From the NCBI GenBank assembly GCA_964016885.1, contig OZ024741.1, positions 405,418,001-405,482,000 on the forward strand: a DNA stretch of 64,000 nt, given 5' to 3'. This document shows, in pieces, positions 1 to 15,000 of the stretch (position 1 is its first letter; the number at the start of each line of letters is the position of its first letter). This DNA comes from Eledone cirrhosa. Lineage: Eukaryota. Both the position numbers and the translations under genes were made by a program. Below the pieces are notes generated by a model. That model did not search any database. It had not been told where the DNA came from and saw only the letters and a program-made list of their open reading frames with translations.

Positions 1-3000
1 TCTCTTCTTCTAGTTTCTTCACTCTCACATCTCACATATGTAACTCTTTTCTCCTAGTTTCTTCCCTCTCACATCTCACCTATGTAACTCTCTTCTCCTA
101 GTTTCTCTCACATCTCACCTATGTAACTCTCTTCTCCTAGTTTCTTCCCTCCCACATCTCACATATGTAACTCTCCTCCTAGTTTCTTCCCTCTCACATC
201 TCAACTATGGAACTCTCTTCTTCTAGTTTCTGCCCTCTCACATCTCACATATGTAACTCTCTTCTCCTAGTTTCTCCCCTCTCACATCTCACATATGTAA
301 CTCTCTTCTCCTAGTTTCTTCCCTCTCTTATCTCACATATGTAATTCTCTTCTTCTAGTTTTTTTCCCTCTCACATCTCACATATGTAACTCTCTCCTCC
401 TAGTTCCTTCCCTCTTACATCCCACCTATGTAACTCTCTTCTCCTAGTTTTTTCCCTCTCACATCTCACCTATGTAACTCTCTTCTTCTAGTTTCTCCCC
501 TCTCGCATCTTACCTATGTAACTCTCTTCTCCTAGTTTCTTCCCTTCCACATGTCACATATGTAACTCTACGCTCCTAGTTTCTTCCCTCTCACATCTCA
601 CCTATGTAACTCTCTTCTCCTAGTTTCTTCCCTCTCACATCTCACCTATGTTACTCTCTTCTCCTAGTTTCTTCCCTCTCACATGTCACGTATGTAACTA
701 CGTTCTTCTAGTTTCTTCCCTCTCACATCTCACATATGTAATTCTCTTCTTATAGTTTCTTCCCTCTCACACCTCACACATGTAACTCTCTTCTTCTAGT
801 TTCTTCCCTTTCACATCTCACCTGTGTAACTCTCTTCTCCTAGTTTCTTCCCTCCCACATCTCACATATGTAACTCTCCTCTCCTAGTTTCTTCCCTCTC
901 ACATCTCACCTATGTAACTCTCTTCTCCTAGTTTCTTTCCTTCTCACATCTCACATAATTAACTCTCTTCTTCTAGTTTCTTCCCTCTCACATCTCACAT
1001 ATGTAACTCTCTTCTCCTAGTTTCTTCCCTCTCACATCTCACATATGTAACTCTCTTCTTCTAGGTTCTTCCCTCTCACATCTCACATATATAACTCTCT
1101 TCTCCTAGTTTATTCCCTCTCACATCTCACCTGTGTAACTCTCTCCCCCTAGTTTCTTCCCTCTCACATCTCATCTATGTAACTCTCTTCTCCTAGTTTC
1201 TTCCCTCTCACATCTCACCTATGTAACTCTCTTCTTCTAGTTTCTTCCCTCTCACATCTCACATATGTAACCCTCATCGTCTAGTTTCTTCCCTCTCACA
1301 TCTAACCTATGTAACTCTCTTCTCCTAGTTTCTCCCCTCTCACATCTCACATATGTAACTCTCTTCTTCTAGTTTCTTCCCTCTCACATCTCACGTATGT
1401 AACTATCTTCTTCTAGTTTCTTCCCTCTCACATCTCACATATGTAACTCTCTTCTCCTAGTTTGTTCCCTCTCACATCTCACCTATGTAACTCTCTTCTT
1501 CTAGGTTCTTCTCTCTCACATCTCACATATGTAACTCTTTTCTCCTAGTTTCTTCCCTCTTACATCTCACCTATGTAACTCTCTTCTCCTAGTTTTTCCC
1601 CTCTCGCATCTCACCTATGTAACTCTCTTCTCCTAGTTTCTTCCATCCCACATCTCACATATGTAACTCTCCTCTCCTAGTTTCTTCCCTCTCACATCTC
1701 ACCTATTTAACTCTCTTCTCCTAGTTTCTTCCCGCTCACATCTCACATAAGTATCTCTCTTCTTCTAGTTTTTCCCCTCTCACATCTCACCTATGTAACT
1801 CTCTTCTTCTAGTTTCTTCCCTCTCGCATCTCACCTATGTAACTCTCTTCTCCTAGTTTCTTCCCTCCCACATCTCACATATGTAACTCTCCTCCTAGTT
1901 TCTTCCCTCTCACATCTCACCTATGTAACTCTCTTCTTCTAGTTTCTGCCCTCTTATATCTCACATATGTAACTCTCTTCTCCTAGTTTCTTCCCCCTCA
2001 CATCTCACATATGTAACTCTCTTCTCCTAGTTTCTTCCCTCTCATATCTCACATATGTAACTCTCTTCTTCTAGTTTCTTCCCTCTCACATCTCACCTAT
2101 GTAACTCTCTTCTCCTAGTTTCTTCCCTCTCACATCTCACCTTTGTAACTCTCTTTTCCTAGTTTCTTCCCTCCTACATCTCACCTATGTAACTCTCTTC
2201 TCCTAGTTTCTTCCCCCTCACATCTCACATAAGTAACTCTCTTCTTCTAGTTTCTTCCGTCTCACATCTCACATATGTAACTCTTTTCTTTTAGTTTCTT
2301 CCCTCTCACATCTCACCTATGTAACTCTCTTCTCCTAGTTTCTTCCCTCCCACATCTCACATATGTAACTCTCCTCCTAGTTTCTTCCCTCTCACATCTC
2401 ACCTATGGAACTCTCTTCTTCTAGTTTCTGCCCTCTCACATCTCACATATGTAACTCTCTTCTCCTAGTTTCTTCCCTCTCACATCTCACATATGTAACT
2501 CTCTTCTTCTAGGTTCTTCCCTCTCACATCTCACATATGTAACTCTCTTCTCCTAGTTTCTCCCCTCTCACATCTCACCTATGTAACTCTCTTCTTCTAG
2601 TTTCTTCCCTCTTGCATCTCACCTATGTAACTCTCTTCTAGTTTCTTCCATCCCACATCTCACATATGTAACTCTCCTCTCTTAGTTTCTTCCCTCTCAC
2701 ATCTCACCTATGTAACTCTCTTCTCCTAGTTTCTTCCCCCTCACATCTCACATAAGTAACTCTCTTCTTCTAGTTTCTTCCCTCTCACATCTCACATATG
2801 TAACTCTTTTCTCCTAGTTTCTTCCCTCTCACATCTCACCTATGTAACTCTCTTCTCCTAGTTCCTCCCACATCTCACCTATGTAACTCTCTTCTCCTAG
2901 TTTCTTCCCTCCTACATCTCACATATGTAACTCTCCTCCTAGTTTCTTCCCTCTCACATCTCACCTATGGAACTCTCTTCTTCTAGTTTCTGCCCTCTCA

Positions 3001-6000
3001 CATCTCACGTATGTAACTCTCTTCTCCTAGTTTCTTCCCTCTCACATCTCACATATGTAACTCTCTTCTCCTAGTTTCTTCCCTCTCTTATCTCACATAT
3101 GTAACTCTCTTCTTCTAGTTTTTTCCCTCTCACATCTCACATATGTAACTCTCTCCTCCTAGTTCCTTCCCTCTTACATCCCACCTATGTAACTCTCTTC
3201 TCCTAGTTTTTTCCATCTCACATCTCACCTATGTAACTCTCTTCTTCTAGTTTCTCCCCTCTCGCATCTCACCTATGTAACTCTCTTCTCCTAGTTTCTT
3301 CCCTTCCACATGTCACATATGTAACTCTACGCTCCTAGTTTCTTCCCTCTCACATCTCACCTATGTAACTCTCTCCTCCTAGTTCCTCCCCCTCACATCT
3401 CACATATGTAACTCTCTTCTCCTAGTTTTTCCCCTCTCACATCTCACATTTGTAAATCTATTCTCATAGTTTCTTCCCTCTCACATCTCACCTATGTAAC
3501 TCTCTTCTCCTAGTTTCTTCCATCCCACATCTCACCTATGTAACTCTCTTCTCCTAGTTTCTTTCCTCTCACATCTCACATATGTAACTCTCTTCTCCTA
3601 GTTTCTTCCCTCTCACATCTCACATATGTAACTCTCATCGTCTAGTTTCTTCCCTCTCAAATCTCACCTATGTAACTCTCTTCTCCTAGTTTCTTCCCTC
3701 TCACATCTCACATATGTAACTCTTTTCTTTTAGTTTCTTCCCTCTCACATCTCACCTATGTTACTCTCTTCTTATAGTTTCTTCCCTCTCACACCTCACA
3801 CATGTAACTCTCTTCTCCTAGTTTCTTCCCTCTCACATCTCACCTATGTAACTCTCTTCTCCTAGTTTCTTTCCTTCTCACATCTCACATAATTAACTCT
3901 CTTCTTCTAGTTTCTTCCCTCTCACATCTCACATATGTAACTCTCTTCTCCTAGTTTCTTCCCTCTCACATCTCACATATGTAACTCTCTTCTTCTAGGT
4001 TCTCCCCTCTCACATCTCACATATGTAACTCTCTTCTCCTAGTTTATTCCCTCTCACATCTCACCTGTGTAACTCTCTCCCCCTAGTTTCTTCCCTCTCA
4101 CATCTCACCTATGTAACTCTCTTCTCCTAGTTTCTTCCCTCTCACATCTCACCTATGTAACTCTCTTCTTCTAGTTTCTTCCCTCTCACATCTCACATAT
4201 GTAACCCTCATCGTCTAGTTTCTTCCCTCTCACATCTAACCTATGTAACTCTCTTCTCCTAGTTTCTCCCCTCTCACATCTCACATATGTAACTCTCTTC
4301 TTCTAGATTCTTCCCTCTCACATCTCACGTATGTAACTCTCTTCTTCTAGTTTCTTCCCTCTCACATCTCACATATGTAACTCTCTTCTCCTAGTTTGTT
4401 CCCTCTCACATCTCACCTATGTAACTCTCTTCTTCTAGGTTCTTCCCTCTCACATCTCACATATGTAACTCTTTTCTCCTAGTTTCTTCCCTCTTACATC
4501 TCACCTATGTAACTCTCTTCTCCTAGTTTTTCCCCTCTCACATCTCACCTATGTAACTCTCTTCTTCTAGTTTCTTCCCTCTCGCATCTCACCTATGTAA
4601 CTCTCTTCTCCTAGTTTCTTCCATCCCACATCTCACATATGTAACTCTCCTCTCCTAGTTTCTTCCCTCTCACATCTCACCTATGTAACTCTCTTCTCCT
4701 AGTTTCTTCCCCCTCACATCTCACATAAGTATCTCTCTTCTTCTAGTTTCTTCCCTCTCACATCTCACCTATGTAACTCTCTTCTCCTAGTTTCTTCCCT
4801 CCCACATCTCACATATGTAACTCTCCTCCTAGTTTCTTCCCTCTCACATCTCACCTATGTAACTCTCTTCTTCTAGTTTCTGCCCTCTTACATCTCACAT
4901 ATGTAACTCTCTTCTCCTAGTTTCTTCCCCCTCACATCTCACATATGTAACTCTCTTCTCCTAGTTTCTTCCCTCTCATATCTCACATATGTAACTCTCT
5001 TCTTCTAGTTTCTTCCCTCTCACATCTCACCTATGTAACTCTCTTCTCCTAGTTTCTTCCCTCTCACATCTCACCTATGTAACTCTCTTTTCCTAGTTTC
5101 TTCCCTCTTACATCTCACCTATGTAACTCTCTTCTCCTAGTTTCTTCCCTCTCACATCTCACATATGTAACTCTCTTCTCCTAGTTTCTTCACTCTGACA
5201 TCTCACCTATGTAACTCTCTTCTTCTAGTTTCTTCCCTCTCTCATCTCACCTATGTAACTCTCTTCTCCTAGTTTCTTCCCTCTCACATCTCACCTATGT
5301 AACACTCATCTCCTAGTTTTTCCCTCCCACATCTCACCTATGTAACTCTCTTCACTTAGTTTCTTCCCTCTCACATCTCACCTATGTAACTCTTCTCCTA
5401 GTTTTTTCCCTCTCACATCTCACCTATGTAACTCTCTTCTTCTAGTTTCTTCCCTCTCGCATCTCACCTATGTAACTTTCTTCTCCTAGTTTCTTCCCTC
5501 CCACATCTCACATATGTAACTCTCCTCTCCTAGTTTTTTCCCTCTCACATCTCACCAACGTAACTCTCTTCTCCTAGTTTCGTCCCTCTCACATCTCACA
5601 TATGTAACTCTCTTCTTCTAGTTTCTTCCCTCTCACATCTCACATATGTAACTCTCTTCTTCTAGTTTCTTCCCTCTCACATCTCACCTATGTAACTCTC
5701 TTCTAATTTCTTCCCTCTCACATCTCACCTATGTAACTCTCTTCTCCTAGTTTCTCCCACATCTCACCTATGTAACTCTCTTCTAGTTTTTTCCCTCTCA
5801 CATCCCACATATGTAACTCTCTTCTTCTAGTTTATTCCCTCTCACATCTCACCTATGTAACTCCCTTCTCCTAGTTTCTTCCCTCTCACATCTCACATAT
5901 GTAACTCTCCTCTCCTAGTTTCTTCCCTCTCACATCTCACCCATGTAACTCTCTTCTCCTACTTTCTTCCCTCTCACATCTCACATATGTAACTCTCTTC

Positions 6001-9000
6001 TTCTAGTTTCTTCCTTCTCACATCTCACCTATGTAACTCTCTTCTCCTAATATCTTCCCTCTCACATCTCACCTATGTAACTCTCTTCTCCTAGTTTCTT
6101 CCCTCTCACATCTCACATATGTAAATCTCTTCTTCTAGTTTCTTCCCTCTCACATCTCACCTATGTAACTCTCCTCTTCTAGTTTCTTCCCTCTCAAATC
6201 TCACCTATGTAACTCTCTTCTCCTAGTTTCTTCCCTCTCACATCTCACATATGTAACTCTCTTCTTCTAGTTTCTGCCCTCTCACATCTCACATACGTAA
6301 CTCTCTTCTTCTAGTTTGTTCCCTCTCATATCGCGCCTATGTAACTCTCTTCTCCTAGTTTCTTCCCTCTTTTATCACGCCTATGTAACTCTCTTCTCCT
6401 ACTTTCTTCCCTCTGACATCTCACCTATGTAACTCTCTTCTCCTAGTTTCTTCCCTCTCACATCTCACCTATGTAACTCTCTTCTTCTAGTTTCTTCCCT
6501 CTCTCATCTCACCTATGTCACACTCTTCTCCTAGTTTCTTCCCTCTCACATCTCACCTATGGAACTCTCTTCTTCTAGTTTCTGCCCTCTCACATCTCAC
6601 ATATGTAACTCTCTTCTCCTAGTTTCTTCCCGCTCTTATCTCACATATGTAACTCTCTTCTTCTAGTTTTTTCCCTCTCACATCTCACATATGTAACTCT
6701 CTCCTCCTAGTTCCTTCCCTCTTACATCCCACCTATGTAACTCTCTTCTCCTAGTTTTTTCCCTCTCACATCTCACCTATTTAACTCTCTTCTTCTAGTT
6801 TCTCCCCTCTCGCATCTCACCTATGTAACTCTCTTCTCCTAGTTTCTTCCCTTCCACATGTCACATATGTAACTCTACGCTCCTAGTTTCTTCCCTCTCA
6901 CATCTCACCTATGTAACTCTCTCCTCCTAGTTCCTCCCCCTCACATCTCACATATGTAACTCTCTTCTCCTAGTTTTTCCCCTCTCACATCTCACATATG
7001 TAAAGCTATTCTCATAGTTTCTTCCCTCTCACATCTCACCTATGTAACTCTCTTCTCCTAGTTTCTTCCCTCTCACATCTCACATATGTAACTCTCTTCT
7101 TCTAGTTTCTTCCCTCTCACATCTCACATATGTAACTCTCATCGTCTAGTTTCTTCCCTCTCAAATCTCACCTATGTAACTCTCTTCTCCTAGTTTCTTC
7201 CCTCTCACATCTCACATATGTAACTCTTTTCTTTTAGTTTCTTCCCTCTCACATCTCACCTATGTTACTCTCTTCTCCTAGTTTCTTCCCTCTCACATGT
7301 CACGTATGTAACTACGTTCTTCTAGTTTCTTCCCTCTCACATCTCACATATGTAATTCTCTTCTTATAGTTTCTTTCCTCTCACACCTCACACATGTAAC
7401 TCTCTTCTTCTAGTTTCTTCCCTTTCACATCTCACCTGTGTAACTCTCTTCTCCTAATTTCTTCCCTCCCACATCTCACATATGTAACTCTCCTCTCCTA
7501 GTTTCTTCCCTCTCACATCTCACCTATGTAACTCTCTTCTCCTAGTTTCTTCCCTCTCACATCCCACATATGTAACTCTCTTCTTCTAGGTTCTTCCCTC
7601 TCACATCTCACATATGTAACTCTCTTCTCCTAGTTTATTCCCTCTCACATCTCACCTGTGTAACTCTCTCCCCCTAGTTTCTTCCCTCTCACATCTCACC
7701 TATGTAACTCTCTTCTCCTAGTTTCTCCCCTCTCACATCTCACATATGTAACTCTCTTCTTCTAGTTTCTTCCCTCTCACATCTCACGTATGTAACTCTC
7801 TTCTTCTAGTTTCTTCCCTCTCACATCTCACATATGTAACTCTCTTCTCCTAGTTTGTTCCCTCTCACGTCTCACCTATGTAACTCTCTTCTTCTAGGTT
7901 CTTCCCTCTCACATCTCACATATGTAACTCTTTTCTCCTAGTTTCTTCCCTCTTACATCTCACCTATGTAACTCTCTTCTCCTAGTTTTTCCCCTCTCAC
8001 ATCTCACCTATGTAACTCTCTTCTTCTAGTTTCTTCCCTCTCACATCTCACCTATGTAACTCTCTTCTTCTAGTTTCTTCCCTCTCACATCTCACGTATG
8101 TAACTCTCTTCTTCTAGTTTCTTCCCTCTCACATCTCACCTATGTAACTCTCTTCTTCTAGTTTCTGCCCTCTTATATCTCACATATGTAACTCTCTTCT
8201 CCTAGTTTCTTCCCCCTCACATCTCACATATGTAACTCTCTTCTCCTAGTTTCTTCCCTCTCATATCTCACATATGTAACTCACTTCTTCTAGTTTCTTC
8301 CCTCTCACATCTCACCTATGTAACTCTCTTCTCCTAGTTTCTTCCCTCTCACATCTCACCTATGTAACTCTCTTTTCCTAGTTTCTTCCCTCCTACATCT
8401 CACCTATGTAACTCTCTTTTCCTAGTTTCTTCCCCCTCACATCTCACATAAGTAACTCTCTTCTTCTAGTTTCTTCCCTCTCACATCTCACATATGTAAC
8501 TCTTTTCTTCTAGTTTCTTCCCTCTCACATCTCACCTATGTAACTCTCTTCTCCTAGTTTCTTCCCTCCCACATCTCACATATGTAACTCTCCTCCTAGT
8601 TTCTTCCCTCTCACATCTCACCTATGGAACTCTCTTCTTCTAGTTTCTGCCCTCTCACATCTCACATATGTAACTCTCTTCTCCTAGTTTCTTCCCTCTC
8701 ACATCTCACATATGTAACTCTCTTCTTCTAGGTTCTTCCCTCTCACATCTCACATATGTAACTCTCTTCTCCTAGTTTCTTCCCTCTCACATCTCACCTA
8801 TGTAACTCTCTTCTTCTAGTTTCTTCCCTCTTGCATCTCACCTATGTAACTCTCTTCTCCTAGTTTCTTCCATCCCACATCTCACATATGTAACTCTCCT
8901 CTCTTAGTTTCTTCCCTCTCACATCTCACCTATGTAACTCTCTTCTCCTAGTTTCTTCCCCCTCACATCTCACATAAGTAACTCTCTTCTTCTAGTTTCT

Positions 9001-12000
9001 TCCCTCTCACATCTCACATATGTAACTCTTTTCTCCTAGTTTCTTCCCTCTCACATCTCACCTATGTAACTCTCTTCTCCTAGTTTCTCTCACATCTCAC
9101 CTATGTAACTCTCTTCTCCTAGTTTCTTCCCTCCCACATCTCACATATGTAACTCTCCTCCTAGTTTATTCCCTCTCACATCTCACATATGTAACTCTCT
9201 TCTAGTTTCTTCCATCCCACATCTCACCTATGTAACTCTTTTCTCCTAGTTTCTTCCCTCTCACATCTCACATATGTAACTCTCTTCTTCTAGTTTCTTC
9301 CCTCTCACATCTCACCTATGTAACTCTCTTCTCCTAGTTTCTTCCCTCTCACATCTCACATATGTAAATCTCTTCTTCTAGTTTTTTCCCTCTCACATCT
9401 CACCTATGTAACTCTCTTCTTCTAGTTTCTCCCCTCTCGCATCTCACCTATGTAACTCTCTTCTCCTAGTTTCATCCCTTCCACATGTCACATATGTAAC
9501 TCTACGCTCCTAGTTTCTTCCCTCTCACATCTCACCTATGTAACTCTCTCCTCCTAGTTCCTCCCCCTCACATCTCACATGTGTAACTCTCTTCTCCTAG
9601 TTTTTCCCCTCTCACATCTCACATATGTAAATCTATTCTCATAGTTTCTTCCCTCTCACATCTCACCTATGTAACTCTCTTCTCCTAGTTTCTTCCATCC
9701 CACATCTCACCTATGTAACTCTCTTCTCCTAGTTTCTTTCCTCTCACATCTCACATATGTAACTCTCTTCTTCTAGTTTCTTCCCTCTCACATCTCACAT
9801 ATGTAACTCTCATCGTCTAGTTTCTTCCCTCTCAAATCTCACCTATGTAACTCTCTTCTCCTAGTTTCTTCCCTCCCACATCTCACATATGTAACTCTTT
9901 TCTTTTAGTTTCTTCCCTCTCACATCTCACCTATGTTGCTCTCTTCTCCTAGTTTCTTCCCTCTCACATGTCACGTATGTAACTACGTTCTTCTAGTTTC
10001 TTCCCTCTCACATCTCACATATGTAATTCTCTTCTTATAGTTTCTTCCCTCTCACACCTCACACATGTAACTCTCTTCTTCTAGTTTCTTCCCTTTCACA
10101 TCTCACCTGTGTAACTCTCTTCTCCTAGTTTCTTCCCTCCCACATCTCACATATGTAACTCTCCTCTCCTAGTTTCTTCCCTCTCACATCTCACCTATGT
10201 AACTCTCTTCTCCTAGTTTCTTTCCTTCTCACATCTCACATAATTAACTCTCTTCTTCTAGTTTCTTCCCTCTCACATCTCACATATGTAACTCTCTTCT
10301 CCTAGTTTCTTTCCTCTCACATCTCACATATGTAACTCTCTTCTTCTAGGTTCTTCCCTCTCACATCTCACATATGTAACTCTCTTCTCCTAGTTTATTC
10401 CCTCTCACATCTCACCTGTGTAACTCTCTCCCCCTAGTTTCTTCCCTCTCACATCTCACCTATGTAACTCTCTTCTCCTAGTTTCTTCCCTCTCACATCT
10501 CACCTATGTAACTCTCTTCTTCTAGTTTCTTCCCTCTCACATCTCACATATGTAACCCTCATCGTCTAGTTTCTTCCCTCTCACATCTAACCTATGTAAC
10601 TCTCTTCTCCTAGTTTCTCCCCTCTCACATCTCACATATGTAACTCTCTTCTTCTAGTTTCTTCCCTCTCACATCTCACGTATGTAACTCTCTTCTTCTA
10701 GTTTCTTCCCTCTCACATCTCACATATGTAACTCTCTTCTCCTAGTTTGTTCCCTCTCACATCTCACCTATGTAACTCTCTTCTTCTAGGTTCTTCCCTC
10801 TCACATCTCACATATGTAACTCTTTTCTCCTAGTTTCTTCCCTCTTACATCTCACCTATGTAACTCTCTTCTCCTAGTTTTTCCCCTCTCACATCTCACC
10901 TATGTAACTCTCTTCTTCTAGTTTCTTCCCTCTCGCATCTCACCTATGTAACTCTCTTCTCCTAGTTTCTTCTATCCCACATCTCACATATGTAGCTCTC
11001 CTCTCCTAGTTTCTTCCCTCTCACATCTCACCTATGTAACTCTCTTCTCCTAGTTTCTTCCCCCTCACATCTCACATAAGTATCTCTCTTCTTCTAGTTT
11101 CTTCCCTCTCACATCTCACCTATGTAACTCTCTTCTTCTAGTTTTTTCCCTCTCACATCTCACCTATGTAACTCTCTTCTTCTAGTTTCTTCCCTCTCGC
11201 ATCTCACCTATGTAACTCTCTTCTCCTAGTTTCTTCCCTTCCACATGTCACATATGTAACTCTATGCTCCTAGTTCCTTACCTCTCACATCTCACCTATG
11301 TAACTCTCTTCTCCTAGTTCCCCCCCCTCACATCTCACCTATGTAACTCTCTTCTCCTAGTTTTTCCCCTCACACATCTCACATATGTAAATCTATTCTC
11401 ATAGTTTCTTCCCTCTCACATCTCACCTATGTAACTCTCTTCTCCTAGTTTCTCCCATCCCACATCTCACCTATGTAACTCTCTTCTCCTAGTTTCTTCC
11501 CTCTCACATCTCACATATGTAACTCTCTTCTCCTAGTTTCTTCCCTCTCACATCTCACCTATGTAACTCTCTTCTTCTAGTTTCTTCCCTCTCTCATCTC
11601 ACCTATGTAACTCTCTTCTCCTAGTTTCTTCCCTCTCACATCTCACCTATGTAACACTCATCTCCTAGTTTTTCCCTCCCACATCTCACCTATGTAACTC
11701 TCTTCACTTAGTTTCTTCCCTCTCACATCTCACCTATGTAACTCTTCTCCTAGTTTTTTCCCTCTCACATCTCACCTATGTAACTCTCTTCTTCTAGTTT
11801 CTTCCCTCTCGCATCTCACCTATGTAACTCTCTTCTCCTAGTTTCTTCCCTCCCACATCTCACATATGTAACTCTCCTCTCCTAGTTTTTTCCCTCTCAC
11901 ATCTCACCTACGTAACTCTCTTCTCCTAGTTTCGTCCCTCTCACATCTCACATATGTAACTCTCTTCTTCTAGTTTCTTCCCTCTCACATCTCACATATG

Positions 12001-15000
12001 TAACTCTCTTCTTCTAGTTTCTTCCCTCTCACATCTCACCTATGTAACTCTCTTCTAATTTCTTCCCTCTCACATCTCACCTATGTAACTCTCTTCTCCT
12101 AGTTTCTCCCACATCTCACCTATGTAACTCTCTTCTCCTAATATCTTCCCTCTCACATCTCACCTATGTAACTCTCTTCTCCTAGTTTCTTCCCTCTCAC
12201 ATCTCACATATGTAAATCTCTTCTTCTAGTTTCTTCCCTCTCACATCTCACCTATGTAACTCTCCTCTTCTAGTTTCTTCCCTCTCAAATCTCACCTATG
12301 TAACTCTCTTCTCCTAGTTTCTTCCCTCTCACATCTCACATATGTAACTCTCTTCTTCTAGTTTCTGCCCTCTCACATCTCACATACGTAACTCTCTTCT
12401 TCTAGTTTGTTCCCTCTCATATCGCGCCTATGTAACTCTCTTCTGCTAGTTTCTTCCCTCTTTTATCACGCCTATGTAACTCTCTTCTCCTACTTTCTTC
12501 CCCCTGACATCTCACCTATGTAACTCTCTTCTCCTAGTTTCTTCCCTCTCACATCTCACCTATGTAACTCTCTTCTTCTAGTTTCTTCCCTCTCTCATCT
12601 CACCTATGTCACTCTCTTCTCCTAGTTTCTTCCCTCTCACATCTCACCTATGTAATACTCATCTCCTAGTTTTTTCCCTCCCACATCTCACCTATGTAAC
12701 TCTCTTCACTTACCTTCTTCCCTCTCACATCTCACCTATGTAATTCTCTTCTCCTAGTTTCTCTCACATCTCACCTATGTAACTCTCTTCTCCTAGTTTC
12801 TTCCCTCCCACATCTCACATATGTAACTCTCCTCCTAGTTTCTTCCCTCTCACATCTCACCTATGGAACTCTCTTCTTCTAGTTTCTGCCCTCTCACATC
12901 TCACATATGTAACTCTCTTCTCCGAGTTTCTTCCCTCTCTTATCTCACATATGTAACTCTCTTCTTCTAGTTTTTTCCCTCTCACATCTCACATATGTAA
13001 CTCTCTCCTCCTAGTTCCTTCCCTCTTACCTCTCACCTATGTAACTCTCTTCTTCTAGTTTCTCCCCTCTCGCATCTCACCTATGTAACTCTCTTCTCCT
13101 AGTTTCTTCCCTTCCACATGTCACATATGTAACTCTACGCTCCTAGTTTCTTCCCTCTCACATCTCACCTATGTAACTCTCTCCTCCTAGTTCCTCCCCC
13201 TCACATCTCACATATGTAACTCTCTTCTCCTAGTTGTTCCCCTCTCACATCTCACATATGTAAATCTATTCTCATAGTTTCTTCCCTCTCACATCTCACC
13301 TATGTAACTCTCTTCTAGTTTCTTCCATCCAGCATCTCACCTATGTAACTCTCTTCTCCTAGTTTCTTCCCTCGCACATCTCACATATGTAACTCTCTTC
13401 TTCTAGTTTCTTCCCTCTCACATCTCACATATGTAACTCTCATCGTCTAGTTTCTTCCCTCTCAAATCTCACCTATGTAACACTCTTCTCCTAGTTTCTT
13501 CCCTCTCACATCTCACATATGTAACTCTTTTCTTTTAGTTTCTTCCCTCTCACATCTCACCTATGTTACTCTCTTCTCCTAGTTTCTTCCCTCTCACATG
13601 TCACGTATGTAACTACGTTCTTCTAGTTTCTTCCCTCTCACATCTCACATATGTAATTCTCTTCTTATAGTTTCTTTCCTCTCACACCTCACACATGTAA
13701 CTCTCTTCTTCTAGTTTCTTCCCTTTCACATCTCACCTGTGTAACTCTCTTCTCCTAGTTTCTTCCCTCCCACATCTCACATATGTAACTCTCCTCTCCT
13801 AGTTTCTTCCCTCTCACATCTCACCTATGTAACTCTCTTCTCCTAGTTTCTTTCCTTCTCACATCTCACATTATTAACTCTCTTCTAGTTTCTTCCCTCT
13901 CACATCTCACATATGTAACTCTCTTCTCCTAGTTTCTTCCCTCTCACATCTCACATATGTAACTCTCTTCTTCTAGGTTCTTCCCTCTCACATCTCACAT
14001 ATGTAACTCTCTTCTCCTAGTTTATTCCCTCTCACATCTCACCTGTGTAACTCTCTCCCCCTAGTTTCTTCCCTCTCACATCTCACCTATGTAACTCTCT
14101 TCTCCTAGTTTCTTCCCTCTCACATCTCACCTATGTAACTCTCTTCTTCTAGTTTCTTCCCTCTCACATCTCACATATGTAACCCTCATCGTCTAGTTTC
14201 TTCCCTCTCACATCTAACCTATGTAACTCTCTTCTCCTAGTTTCTCCCCTCTCACATCTCACATATGTAACTCTCTTCTTCTAGTTTCTTCCCTCTCACA
14301 TCTCACGTATGTAACTCTCTTCTTCTAGTTTCTTCCATCCCACATCTCACCTATGTAACTCTCTTCTCCTAGTTTCTTTCCTCTCACATCTCACATATGT
14401 AACTCTCTTCTTCTAGTTTCTTCCCTCTCACATCTCACATATGTAACTCTCATCGTCTAGTTTCTTCCCTCTCAAATCTCACCTATGTAACTCTCTTCTC
14501 CTAGTTTCTTCCCTCTCACATCTCACATATGTAACTCTTTTCTTTTAGTTTCTTCCCTCTAACATCTCACCTATGTTGCTCTCTTCTCCTAGTTTCTTCC
14601 CTCTCACATGTCACGTATGTAACTACGTTCTTCTAGTTTCTTCCCTCTCACATCTCACATATGTAATTCTCTTCTTATAGTTTCTTCCCTCTCACACCTC
14701 ACACATGTAACTCTCTTCTTCTAGTTTCTTCCCTTTCACATCTCACCTGTGTAACTCTCTTCTCCTAGTTTCTTCCCTCCCACATCTCACATATGTAACT
14801 CTCCTCTCCTAGTTTCTTCCCTCTCACATCTCACCTGTGTAACTCTCTCCCCCTAGTTTCTTCCCTCTCACATCTCACCTATGTAACTCTCTTCTCCTAG
14901 TTTCTTCCCTCTCACATCTCACCTATGTAACTCTCTTCTTCTAGTTTCTTCCCTCTCACATCTCACATATGTAACCCTCATCGTCTAGTTTCTTCCCTCT

